From positions 5,905,555 to 5,941,142 of the forward strand of contig NC_069006.1 of assembly GCF_001194135.2 (NCBI RefSeq): a DNA stretch of 35,588 nucleotides, in the 5' to 3' direction. This DNA is from Octopus bimaculoides. Lineage: Eukaryota. Below, in pieces: positions 11,031-22,699 of the stretch. Numbering within the stretch: position 1 is the first letter of the stretch; each line of letters begins with the position of its first letter. The translations under genes were made by a program, and so were the position numbers. Under the pieces are notes generated by a model that saw only the letters and a program-made list of their open reading frames with translations, made no database searches and was not told where the DNA came from.

Positions 11031-11221
11031 TCCCAACCTGGCTCGTTCCCCTGCTCCCGCCCACGCTGCCGCACTTGCCCTTACCTCTCCAACACCACCC
11101 TCCTCACCAGCACCCATCACCGACCCTATCGCATCACCGACTCCTTCACCTGCACGTCTACCAACATCATATATTGCCTCTCCTGCTCTCTCTGCCAATC
11201 CCTGTACATCGGACAAACGGG
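11031..11221 (+). mobile_element. Penelope-like element fragment: Zn-finger-like linker plus N-terminus of GIY-YIG endonuclease
   Basis: SQPGSFPCSRPRCRTCPYLSNTTLLTSTHHRPYRITDSFTCTSTNIIYCLSCSLCQSLYIGQTG contains CxxxxCxxC, FTCxSxNIIY and YIGQT. It has no stop and runs into an N gap. Confidence 0.88.
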
Positions 11222-11569
11222 NNNNNNNNNNNNNNNNNNNNNNNNNNNNNNNNNNNNNNNNNNNNNNNNNNNNNNNNNNNNNNNNNNNNNNNNNNNNNNN
11301 NNNNNNNNNNNNNNNNNNNNNNNNNNNNNNNNNNNNNNNNNNNNNNNNNNNNNNNNNNNNNNNNNNNNNNNNNNNNNNNNNNNNNNNNNNNNNNNNNNNN
11401 NNNNNNNNNNNNNNNNNNNNNNNNNNNNNNNNNNNNNNNNNNNNNNNNNNNNNNNNNNNNNNNNNNNNNNNNNNNNNNNNNNNNNNNNNNNNNNNNNNNN
11501 NNNNNNNNNNNNNNNNNNNNNNNNNNNNNNNNNNNNNNNNNNNNNNNNNNNNNNNNNNNNNNNNNNNNN

Positions 11570-11600
<31 letters not shown>

Positions 11601-11692
11601 GTATATGTATATATGTATATATGCATGTGTGGATGCATGTGTGTCACTGTGTATGTGTGTATATACATATGTATAAGTATATATGTATATAT

Positions 11693-12057
11693 ATCATTGC
11701 TATTATGTTAAACCATCGTATGTCCAAATTTGGCCAAATGCATTTTTTTCAATATTTCTTTTTGCGTGCAATAGCTGGTTCTTTTCGTCAAACTATCGTA
11801 TCTCCCGCTGCTTCAGATGAAAATTGTCAAAGTGTAGTAGAATGGTTTAGCATTTTGCAAAAGTGTAGTAAGTCCCACATACGGCAGTTTTGCAAGAATA
11901 TTTCTGACTGAAAATATCATACATGCATTGAGTTGGGATTTTAAGTACCCAAAATATTATTGTTCAACTCAAACTGTTGTTAATGTAAAAAGAAATGGAA
12001 TGGTGAAAGTATTTTTTCATTTTCTGAAAATGCAACGTTTTGCATAATAGCAATGAT
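11693..12057. mobile_element. MITE with 15-bp perfect TIRs in TA-rich flanks
   Basis: atcattgctattatg at 11693-11707 and cataatagcaatgat at 12043-12057, with (TA)n on both sides. Confidence 0.75.
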
Positions 12058-12060
12058 ATA

Positions 12061-13101
12061 TATAGCTACGTGTCCCTGCTGGAACATGTGGCTATGGTGA
12101 TGTGCAAAGAAGGACATGATGTGAGATCTTAGGAATTGGTCAACATAGCACTGCACTGTGATGTCATTCCCTCTGCCTGCACCAACATTTTGGAACACAT
12201 GGGGTCCAATTCTCTGATTCAGGCCTGTAGCACCCCAAGGCTTGAGGCTTTGGCCACCCCACACGTCTCTCTCCATGCATCTCTATAGCGTTCACCCCTC
12301 CTACATCACACCCTCACTCTTCCATCTGAAGTGGAAACACACTACCAGCTCTCGTCAGTGAAGACTATCGACCTCCATTGTTAATGTTGCCAATGTTGGT
12401 GCTGTGTTGCCCACTGTAGTCGTGCCTGATGATGGCAGGTGGTGAGGAGAGGCCCTTGAGCAGGATGACAGCAACGCAGGTTGTTGGCAGCCAGTTGATG
12501 TCATACCATGTTGTCGCTGTTGGGTCACTGTCCAGTGCCAATGGTCTTGCAAACTGTCAGGCTGGCTGGTCTGAAGCAATCATGGAGATGTTACAGGTGG
12601 ATGAAGTGATCCTACCTGGGGGCGCCCTCTGCGGGCATGGTCTGCAGTGCTGTTGGTGTTGTTGTATCGTTGTTGCAGGTGATAGATAGTGCTGACATGA
12701 ACATTGTAAGCTTTCTCAACAACCAGGGCATGCTGCCTTGCTTGCAATCGGCCAATGGCTTGTTCTCTCTGCGCTGCTGACAGTTGGATCATACCTGATG
12801 CATCCAAATTACAAATGCCAGGGATGCGGTTCAAGTTGATTTTTATAACCATAACCTCCACAAGATGCACGTGCATTTCGGTTTTCATGACAATTGTTTG
12901 TGACTGCCACCCATGGCATTCAACGCAGCTGCATTTTGGCATTTAGTTTCAGGGAAAGTTGAAAGGTTACTTGCAGTTTGGGTCTCAGCCTTAAACCAGC
13001 TTGTCTTGAAATATTTACACTTACATCCCTGAAATGAATTTTCAGAATTTACCATATAAAAATGACATTTGGAAAAATTGCGTTTCTTTTGCGGTTCAGT
13101 G
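12061..13101 (-). mobile_element. Decayed Tc1-type transposon, 3'-truncated
   Basis: Minus strand begins TA|CACTGAACCGCAAAAGAAACGCAA. From ATG at 12792: MIQLSAAQREQAIGRLQA...VHVSTIYHLQQRY...DHARRGRPQV (HTH and GRP motif). IVFTDES at about 12349-12369 (first catalytic Asp) and HMFQQG near 12075 (second Asp region, mutated). Stops and frameshifts throughout. Confidence 0.88.
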
Positions 13102-13320
13102 TATGTGTGTATACATACTTTTATACAAATGCATAAGATGAGTAAAAGTATACTAAATGTCATACAAGATAAATTCACGATCTGTTGAGACTGCTTTTAC
13201 ATTGAGAGAAGGTAAACCAATGCCTAGTGACAATTGCAACCAACTATGTATGGGAAGAGTTCTCAAGAATGCACTATTCACTTGAATTGACACATCCCAT
13301 CCCATATATTTATGTAGGGT

Positions 13321-13716
13321 GCACTGGTGCTGGTGCCATATAAAAGGTACTGGTGATGGTGCCACATAAAACGCACTGGTGTGTTGGTGATGCATAAAAA
13401 GCACAGTGCTAGTGTCACGTAAAACGCTCTGGTGATGGTGTATCACAAAAAGCACTGGTGAGAGTGCCACGTGAAAAGCATTGGTGCTGGTGCCATATTA
13501 AAAGCTCCTTTGTCAGTGCCATGTGGAGAGCACTGTTGTTGGTGTTACATAAAAAGCATTCAATACACTCTGTAAAGTGTTTGGCATTAGGAAGGGCATT
13601 CAGCTGTAGGAATCATGCCAAATCAGAGTATGGAACTCGATACGGCTTCTGGCCTTGCCAGCTCCTGTGAAACCATCCAACCCATACCAGCATTGAAAAT
13701 GGGTGCTAATCAATGA
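13321..13716 (+). mobile_element. RTE-tail family copy with internal 26-bp tandem array
   Basis: About nine gcactggtgctggtgccacataaaaa-like units followed by the family 3' end (aggaagggcattcagctgtag...ccatccaacccataccagcattgaaa). Confidence 0.75.
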
Positions 13717-14310
13717 TGGATGGTGTGTGTGTGTGTGTGAAGGTGTATGTGCACATTTCTTCTTACCTTGGTAGGGGAGCCCGGATTGTAAACAAAAGTC
13801 ACAGTTTCACACAATCAGTGTCCCTTGTACAGAGTCTGTTTGTGAAAGCCAGACAGCAGTATTTGCTGTTCAGTAGACAAGGGGGGAAATATTACCTTGT
13901 TTGGAAAAAGGTAAGTGTTAGCAACAGGAAAAGCATCCAGCCATAGAAAAATGTACCTTGGCAATGTTTCGTCTGAGTCACTGCAAATATGGAAAAGCAG
14001 ACATTGAAGCAATTACGATGATGATGATGATGATAATAATCATGTTTGCAATATTTTCTTAAGTGTGTATGTGTATATTTTCTGCTTGATTGTCTGTCTC
14101 TTTGTATATGTGTTTAGTGTGTGTGTGTGTGTATGTGTGTGCACACGCACACGCATATACTACTAGTGATACTGATACTAGAACTTAATATACATTCGCT
14201 CCAGAACAAAGTATCAGCTGAGTACTCCCTTGTTGTTTTCATTTCTTTTACACACATATATATATATATATGTATATATCTACTTACTTGGAAATGGATG
14301 CGTGGCATTT

Positions 14311-14693
14311 AGGAGTGGCTGTGTGGTAAGTAGCTTGCTTACCAACCACATGGTTCCGGGTTCAGTCCCACTGCATGGCACCTTGGGCAAGTGTCTTCTA
14401 CTATAGCCTCGGGCCGACCAAAGCCTTATGAGTGGGTTTGGTAGACGGAAACTGAAAGAAGCCCGTCGTATATATGTATATATATGTGTGTGTTTGTGTG
14501 TCTGTGTTTGTCCTCCCAACATTGCTTGACAACCGATGCTGGTGTGTTTACATCTCCGTAACTTAGCGGTTCAGCAAAAGATACCAATAGAATAAGTACT
14601 AGCCTTACAAAGAATAAGTCCTGGGGTCGGTTTGCTCGACTAAAGGCGGTGCTCCAGCATGGCCACAATCAAATGACTGAAACAAGTAAAAGA
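14311..14693 (+). mobile_element. SINE family A, full length (tRNA-like head, central TA/TG microsatellite)
   Basis: Head ggagtggctgtgtggtaag (A-box-like) and ggttccgggttcagtccc (B-box-like). Body ccttgggcaagtgtcttctactatagcc. Ends tgactgaaacaagtaaaagag. More than ten copies occur in this window. Confidence 0.9.
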
Positions 14694-15277
14694 GAGGAAG
14701 AGTATGCATATATGGGTACAGGACATCACCAACAGTAAACAACATGAAATACGAAAACAAACAAGTCCAAGACGCATACAATGAGAGAAACAAATGGAAA
14801 AAATATATATAGCCTTCTTACATTTGATTCTATGAGGCAAACCCCATCATCATCATCATCATCATCATCATCATTTTGTGTCTGCTTCTCAATGCAGGCC
14901 TGTGTGGGATTGTTTTTGCCGAGGCAGAACTTTATGGTTGAGTGTCCTTCTTAAAACACAGGGTCAGGCTGTACTTAGTCTAAAACCAGGATACACTAGG
15001 TTTATTTTTGAGTTTGTTGTACTGACAAAAACACCAAGGGTGAATATCTGACAATATGCAGTTTGATGCAGTTGAAATGCATGTAGGTGCAGAAAAGAAT
15101 GCTGTAAATAACTGTTTAATGAAATTATAGATGTGGAAAATCTCCATTCTCCTTAGCATTATTAATAAATATATATATATAATACATATGTATGCATATA
15201 TATATATATGTGTATGTATATATATATATGTGTGTGTGTGTATATAAATCATCAGTAAATATGGGTATGTATCTATA

Positions 15278-15681
15278 CTCTTTTACTTGTTTCAGTCATT
15301 TGACTGTGGCCATGCAGGAGCACCGCCTTTAGTTGAGCACATCGACCCCAGGACTTACTCTTTGTAAGCCTAGTACTTATTCTATCGGTCTCTTTTGCCA
15401 AACCGCTAAGTTACAGGGACGTAAGCACACCAGCATCGGTTGTCAAGCGATGTTCGGGGGAACAAACACAGGCACACAAACATATACACTCACATACATA
15501 TATATATATATGCATACATATATGCAACGGGCTTCTTTTCAGTTTCCGTCTATCAAATCCACTCACAAGGCTTTGGTCGGCCCAAGGCTATAGTAGAAGA
15601 CACTTGCCCAAGGTGCCACGCAGTGGGACTGAACCCGGAACCATGTGGTTCATAAGCAAGCTACTTACCACACAGCCACTC
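15278..15681 (-). mobile_element. SINE family A, full length
   Basis: Reverse complement of 14311-14693 along its whole length. Confidence 0.9.
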
Positions 15682-15994
15682 TATGTATTATTTACAAACA
15701 AAATGTGTATACGTTTTTATGTATGCATGCTTATATATTTGCCTGTGTATATGTATTAATATAATATGTAATATGCATGTGTGTGTGTGTATATATATAT
15801 CTTCGAAACGTCAGGTCAGAATAGAGACAGCTGATGAAGGAATATTCCAAGTGGCTTTCCGTTTTCCTATGTGTTCGTTCCGTTGTCTGTAGTTCATTGT
15901 TCTAATGTCCTGTACCCTGATATACATATATATACACATGTAGATGTAAGTATGTACATATATGTGTGCATACATGTATATATATTCTTTGTAT

Positions 15995-16034
<40 letters not shown>

Positions 16035-16931
16035 TTTATATATTATATTATATTAAGACACACACCACATTCCCTGTGTGTGTGTAAGACGGTGATATCC
16101 CAGCCAGCTGAACATAACCTAGTCAGCTTCACCTAAGCTCATTCACCCCTGCATTACTACACCTATGCTTTCCCCACCCCCACCCCCATGTACCTACCTA
16201 CTGCTTTCTGGCAGACATTGCCTAATACACTAATGAACAGCCTTTCCCTTTTTCTCTGTCTGCCAGTCTGTCTTTCAGGAAATCTCTTTCTCTTTCTCTC
16301 TCTCTCTCTCTCTCGCTCTTTCTTTATCTATCCTCATCTTTGCACCCATCCATCCATTCAAACTCAGCCTCAAACAACCTATGTACTACCTCTGCTTAGT
16401 GTAATTTCACTATATCCTTCTTATCACTCTATCTTCTGCTGCTTGTTTGTTTGTTTGTTTTTCTTTTTTTATTTCTCTCTCAATGTATGTGTGTGTGTGT
16501 GTTAGGGTAATGGGGTGATGGTATCACTACTTTCTTATTACAACTACTACTACTACCATCACACAGTCTGCTCATTCCCTTTATGTGTGTGTGTGTGTGT
16601 GTGTGTGTGTNNNNNNNNNNNNNNNNNNNNNNNNNNNNNNNNNNNNNNNNNNNNNNNNNNNNNNNNNNNNNNNNNNNNNNNNNNNNNNNNNNNNNNNNNN
16701 NNNNNNNNNNATAACATGCGTTTTCTCCAATCCTTAAATTCTTATATATATATATATACATACATATATTCATATATATACATCTATACATATATGTACA
16801 TATATGTGCATACATATATACACATAAATCTGTATATATCCATGTATATATACATCTGTACATATACTTCTATGCATATGCATGTATGCATATTCATCTA
16901 TGCATATACAGATGTATATACACATATATAC

Positions 16932-16962
<31 letters not shown>

Positions 16963-17319
16963 CATGCATGTATATATGAGAGAAACTAGGTTTAGTATTG
17001 ACATTGAAAGTATCTCACATTACAATAGAGATGTTACTGTTTCGCTTTTGCTGAAATAGTGTAAGAAATAAGAGACTGCTGTGGGCTTGCATTGGGCAAG
17101 AAGTTGAAAATCTTTTGGCCCATGACACTGAATGGACACTAAGTAAGGCATGTGTAAAATCTGAATGAAATCTGTCTTTGTTGTTGAGTTATGATGTTAT
17201 CAGGAAGTCAACAAACCAACATTGGTTGTCAGACTGGTGGTGGCTGACAAACACAATGATGCACACACTGACACAGACTAACACACACTCACACACAATG
17301 GACTTCCATGTAATTTCGA

Positions 17320-17450
17320 TATACCAAATTAATTTACAAAGCATTGGTCAGCCAGGGGCTATAAGAAAAGACACTTGCCGAAGATGCCATGTTGTAGGAC
17401 TGAACCCAAAACCTGATCACAGAGCTAGCTTCTTAACCACCCAGCCACAG
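17320..17450 (-). mobile_element. SINE family A, old diverged fragment
   Basis: gcattggtcagccaggggctataagaaaagacacttgccgaagatgccatgttgtaggactgaaccc. Confidence 0.6.
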
Positions 17451-18352
17451 CAGTATTTCCAGTACCTGGGGTTTCATGGCAGAGAACTTTACATAACTCT
17501 GATTGTTATGATCTGACTTTTACAAAGCTCCAATGCTGCTTGCCTACATACCTATTCACTAAGATTTCTGAAACCCGTGTATGTTTCAAAGAGCTTTTCA
17601 GTGAGAATGCAAAGTAAATAGCGTGTGTGTGTGTCTGTTATTACTCCCTTCTCCTCACACACACCCCGCTTCAACTTCATTTTAACTCACAGCATGCCTG
17701 TGAAACAAAAATGAAATTAACAGTCTAGTAATTAAAGTTCGTAATAAATCAAGTGCACCATAAAAATTTTGGATTTCTTCTGAAAATTATTCTTTTTCTT
17801 GTCAAATTCCTCTAATTAACACTGATTAAAATTTCCATATAGAAAGAGAAGTCTAATAACTGTTAGTTATTATATTTTTTTTTTTTTGTATTATTTTCTT
17901 ATTTCTCTCTGAAAAAAATCTTGTTTTTTTTTTGCTATTTATTTATGATTTGTTTTCTTTTCATTAGCAAATATTTTATTTCTTTGCAAAATAGAATATT
18001 GAATGGGATTTAAGTTTTGGGGTTCTTCTCTGGCAAGAGTGTCATTTTAATTAAGTTAATAAAATGTATGTTGAAGGCATGAATGTCACAGCATAACTTC
18101 CCCCCCCCTCTCTCTTGTGTATTAGAAATATATTCAGCCGTATGCCTGTTCATGAAATNNNNNNNNNNNNNNNNNNNNNNNNNNNNNNNNNNNNNNNNNN
18201 NNNNNNNNNNNNNNNNNNNNNNNNNNNNNNNNNNNNNNNNNNNNNNNNNNNNNNNNNNNNNNNNNNNNNNNNNNNNNNNNNNNNNNNNNNNNNNNNNNNN
18301 NNNNNNNNNNNNNNNNNNNNNNNNNNNNNNNNNNNNNNNNNNNNNNNNNNNN

Positions 18353-18710
18353 GCTTCCCAACTACATGGTTCCAGGTTCAGTCCCACTTTGTGACACCCT
18401 GGGCAAGCGTTTTCTACTATAGCCTTAGGCCGACCAAAGCCTTGAGAATGGATTTGGCAAATGGAAACTGAAAGAAACCTATATAAAAATGTGTGTGTCT
18501 TTATGTTTGTTTGGCCCCACCGCTGCTTGACAACCATTGTTGTGATTATGTCCCTGTAACTTAGCAGTTTAGGAAAAGAAACTGATAGAATAAGTACCAA
18601 ACTTGCAAAATACAAATAAGTACTGGAGTCGATTCATTTGACTAAAATTCCTCAAGGCAGTACCCCAGCATGGCCACAGTCTAATAACTGAAACAAGTAA
18701 AAAGATAAAA
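18353..18710 (+). mobile_element. SINE family A, diverged, head lost in gap
   Basis: Colinear with 14335-14693. Confidence 0.8.
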
Positions 18711-18804
18711 GGTATATCTATCTGTCTGTCTGTCCGTCCATCCATCCATTGATTAGAGGTTCTGTTAACCTCATGATGGGATGGTTTCATCCAAGGGAAA
18801 AAAT

Positions 18805-18970
18805 GTTGGTGTGTTTATGCTCCCATAACTTAGCGGTTCGGCAAAAGAGACTGATACAATAAGCACTAGGCTTACAAAGATTAAGTCCTGGGGTCGATTT
18901 GTTCGACTAAAGGTGGTGCTCCAGCATGGCCGCAGTCAAATGACTGAAACAAATAAAAAAAATAAAAGAA
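18805..18970 (+). mobile_element. SINE family A, 3' half
   Basis: tggtgtgtttatgctcccataacttagcggttcggcaaaagag...gcagtcaaatgactgaaacaaataaaa. Confidence 0.85.
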
Positions 18971-19202
18971 TACATAAATGAGTAACTGCAGAGCATTGAC
19001 ACCTGTTCCTCTACTGTTACTCATATTTATTCACCTGTCCCAGAATCTGCCCTTTGTAAATATTATGGACCATATATTTAATATAATGTAAATGTCTGAA
19101 TAGCTCAAGAACAGATTTCTTCACTCGGTCGGGTCTAATTGTCTACTGACACTGCAGGAATATCATCCTGCTGATGCTTATGTATCTAGTTTGATACTTA
19201 GA

Positions 19203-19497
19203 ACCATTCGAGCGTGGTCGTTGCCAGTGCCGCCTGAGTGGCTACTGTGCCAGTGGCGTGTAAAAAACACCATTCGAGCGTGGTCGATGCCAGTACCACC
19301 TGACTGGCCCTCGTGCCGGTGGCACGTAAAAAGCACCCACTACACTCTCTGAGTGGTTGGCGTTAGGAAGGGCATTCGGCTGTAGAAACTTTGCCAGATC
19401 AGATTGGAGCCTGGTGCGGACATCTGGTTTCACCAGCCCTCAGTCAAATCGTCCAACCCATGCTAGCATGGAAAGCGGATGTTAAGCGATGATGATT
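19203..19497 (+). mobile_element. RTE-tail family copy
   Basis: High similarity to 650-933. Ends gcggatgttaagcgatgatgat. Confidence 0.85.
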
Positions 19498-20408
19498 TTT
19501 GTGTGTGTATATTATTCCAACCTAACAAGGTGCTGAATCTTATATATATATATATNNNNNNNNNNNNNNNNNNNNNNNNNNNNNNNNNNNNNNNNNNNNN
19601 NNNNNNNNNNNNNNNNNNNNNNNNNNNNNNNNNNNNNNNNNNNNNNNNNNNNNNNNNNNNNNNNNNNNNNNNNNNNNNNNNNNNNNNNNNNNNNNNNNNN
19701 NNNNNNNNNNNNNNNNNNNNNNNNNNNNNNNNNNNNNNNNNNNNNNNNNNNNNNNNNNNNNNNNNNNNNNNNNNNNNNNNNNNNNNNNNNNNNNNNNNNN
19801 NNNNNNNNNNNNNNNNNNNNNNNNNNNNNNNNNNNNNNNNNNNNNNNNNNNNNNNNNNNNNNNNNNNNNNNNNNNNNNNNNNNNNNNNNNNNNNNNNNNN
19901 NNNNNNNNNNNNNNNNNNNNNNNNNNNNNNNNNNNNNNNNNNNNNNNNNNNNNNNNNNNNNNNNNNNNNNNNNNNNNNNNNNNNNNNNNNNNNNNNNNNN
20001 NNNNNNNNNNNNNNNNNNNNNNNNNNNNNNNNNNNNNNNNNNNNNNNNNNNNNNNNNNNNNNNNNNNNNNNNNNNNNNNNNNNNNNNNNNNNNNNNNNNN
20101 NNNNNNNNNNNNNNNNNNNNNNNNNNNNNNNNNNNNNNNNNNNNNNNNNNNNNNNNNNNNNNNNNNNNNNNNNNNNNNNNNNNNNNNNNNNNNNNNNNNN
20201 NNNNNNNNNNNNNNNNNNNNNNNNNNNNNNNNNNNNNNNNNNNNNNNNNNNNNNNNNNNNNNNNNNNNNNNNNNNNNNNNNNNNNNNNNNNNNNNNNNNN
20301 NNNNNNNNNNNNNNNNNNNNNNNNNNNNNNNNNNNNNNNNNNNNNNNNNNNNNNNNNNNNNNNNNNNNNNNNNNNNNNNNNNNNNNNNNNNNNNNNNNNN
20401 NNNNNNNN

Positions 20409-20450
<42 letters not shown>

Positions 20451-20509
20451 TGTATGTGTTACTACCTCCTTACCATTACTTTGTGTGATAGTTGTAAACA
20501 AGTGTCACC

Positions 20510-20757
20510 ATCATGCAAGAGGTGTCTTCATTTCCAATCTCTAATGGAAACATGTCTTTTATGAGGAAATATAATCTTAACATGGAAACAAGTGAAGGTT
20601 GGTGACAAGGAAGGGCATTCAGTCCGATCCATGCAAGCATAGAAAAGTAGATGTAAGGACGATGATGATTATGATCATCATCATCATCATCATCGTCGTC
20701 GTTTAACGTCCGCTTTCCATGCTAGCATGGGTTGGACGACTTGACTGAGGACTGGTT
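20510..20757. mobile_element. Tail-to-tail RTE-tail fragments meeting at (GAT)n/(CAT)n
   Basis: An older plus fragment ends gatgatgat near 20670. The minus fragment catcatcatcgtcgtcgtttaacgtccgctttccatgctagc continues to about 20757. Confidence 0.65.
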
Positions 20758-20912
20758 GTAATAACGGTGATAGCAGTGATGGTTGTGATGACGATGATGA
20801 TGATGATAATAGTCATTGTTTTGATGATGACAATTATGATGGTGGTTGTTGTTATGGTGATTGTGATCAGACTGATAATGATTGCCATTGGGATGATGAA
20901 GATGATGAGGTA
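20757..20912. repeat. Degenerate (GAT/GGT/GTT)n trinucleotide tract
   Basis: Opposite-strand equivalent of the 10490-10725 type of tract. Confidence 0.8.
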
Positions 20913-21182
20913 GCACGAAGGCGTTAAACTATGTCTACATACACACACACAGACTCATATACAAACATACAATCACTCATGCATCCTTTTCTGTCATGCA
21001 CACATTGACACTGTCAAAATGTTGCACCGGTCATTGCTCCCCCCCCCCCAGTCTCTCTCACTCCATCTCTGTCTCTCTTTCTCATTACCTCCACTCATTT
21101 TCATTCTCACTCACACACTTCAATGCATACACACTCACACATATACACCCACTCATATTCACCCTTCCTGGCACGGGAAAAG

Positions 21183-21488
21183 ACATTCGAGCAAGATCGT
21201 TGCCAGTGCCGATGGGCGGGCTCCTGTGCAGGTGGCACGTAAAATACACCATTTTGAGCGTGGCCATCGCCAGTTCCGCCTGACTGGCCCTCGTGCCGGG
21301 GCACATAAACACCCACTACACTCTCAAAGTGGTTGGCATTAGGAAGGGCATCCAGCTGTAGAAACTCTCTACCAAATCAGATTGGAGCCTGGTGTCGCCT
21401 CCTGGTCCACCAGTCCTCAGTCAAATCGTCCAACCCATGCTAGCATGGAAAGCGGACGTTAAACGATGATGATGATGATGATGATGAT
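21183..21488 (+). mobile_element. RTE-tail family copy
   Basis: High similarity to 650-933. Ends gcggacgttaaac(gat)n. Confidence 0.85.
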
Positions 21489-22234
21489 ATGCACTTCTAT
21501 GAATTCTGTCTGTCTCAGATAAATCCACGCTCATATTTGTATGTTTTTGTGTGTGTGTTGTGTGTATATGAGTGTGTTAACTTTCCCATCATCAAACAAG
21601 AAGATAGCGGGCGGGTGGGGGGAGAAAAATATCTTGCATGGTAGTTAATCGGAATAGTTGGGATTTGAAACGAGCTCTTCACTTTCTGATTTACTGCTGG
21701 TGTAAGTAACGCCAGCCTCCAGATGGCCCAGCACTGATAAAAACATCATGATACTGTGGTGTTCTGTATGTGTTTTACTGATTCAGTTGAGGTATACAGT
21801 TAACATGCTTTGCTCTTACTAGAAGCCAGAACTCCCTTCCCCCTGATAATATCTCCTGGGTTTGTAAATGCCTAAAACAGATTACTTCTCTGATTATAAA
21901 ATGTGGCTTTATAGTCCCCTTCCCTCCCTCCCTCCATCTCTAGTTTGAAATAGACCTCCTTACCTTGAATCCTGAGTTCTTTTCTGGTTTTAGATCTGTG
22001 TAATATCTTAGGGCATATGGACGTGTGTAGTTAAAATGTTTGCTTTGCAAACTTGTGTGTAGTTTACCAGATGTGACCATACTGCATAGCAACCTAGGCT
22101 AGGGTTTCTTTTCTTCTTAACAATGCCATTGAATTGGTTTGCATTATGAGTAAAGTTTGGTGGATGGAAACTGTGAAAGCCTATCATATATATATACACA
22201 TATATAATCAACAGGAAAGATGCAGAGATTGCGC

Positions 22235-22430
22235 AGGAGTGGCTGTGTGGTAAGTAGCTTGCTTATCAACCACATGGTTCCGGGTTCCGTCCCACTGCAT
22301 GGCACTTTGGGCAAGTTTCTTTACTATAGCCTTGGGCCAACCAAAGCCTTGTGAGTGGATTTGGTAGACGGAAACTGAAAGAAGGCCATCGTATACATGT
22401 ATATATATATATACATATATATATATAGTT
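22235..22430 (+). mobile_element. SINE family A, 5' half (further mid-body piece at about 22685-22768)
   Basis: caggagtggctgtgtggtaagtagcttgc...gacggaaactgaaagaaggccatcgtata. Confidence 0.85.
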
Positions 22431-22647
22431 TTAGGGAAAATAACCAATTTTCAAGAACTCATCGATGAAAATCCACTATCACATATTTTATATATACTTT
22501 GTCTATAAGGCTTTTAGTAGAAAGTGGGTTATACATCTTTAGATTGTATACCTGACTTTCTACTATCAAATTGAAGAAATGGACGGAACGCTGAACTCCA
22601 GACTAAACAACTTAAACAACATTTATTTACTTGGNNNNNNNNNNTAT

Positions 22648-22699
<52 letters not shown>

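Noticed and set aside
13321-13560. CRISPR-like regularly spaced palindromic repeats
   Set aside because: Units are contiguous with no unique spacers, lie within a eukaryotic retroposon tail, and there are no cas genes.
13760-13915. Candidate cassette exon ending at the strong donor AAAAG|gtaagt
   Set aside because: Each upstream acceptor I tried gives an in-frame stop or the wrong end phase, and the donor borders a repeat fragment.
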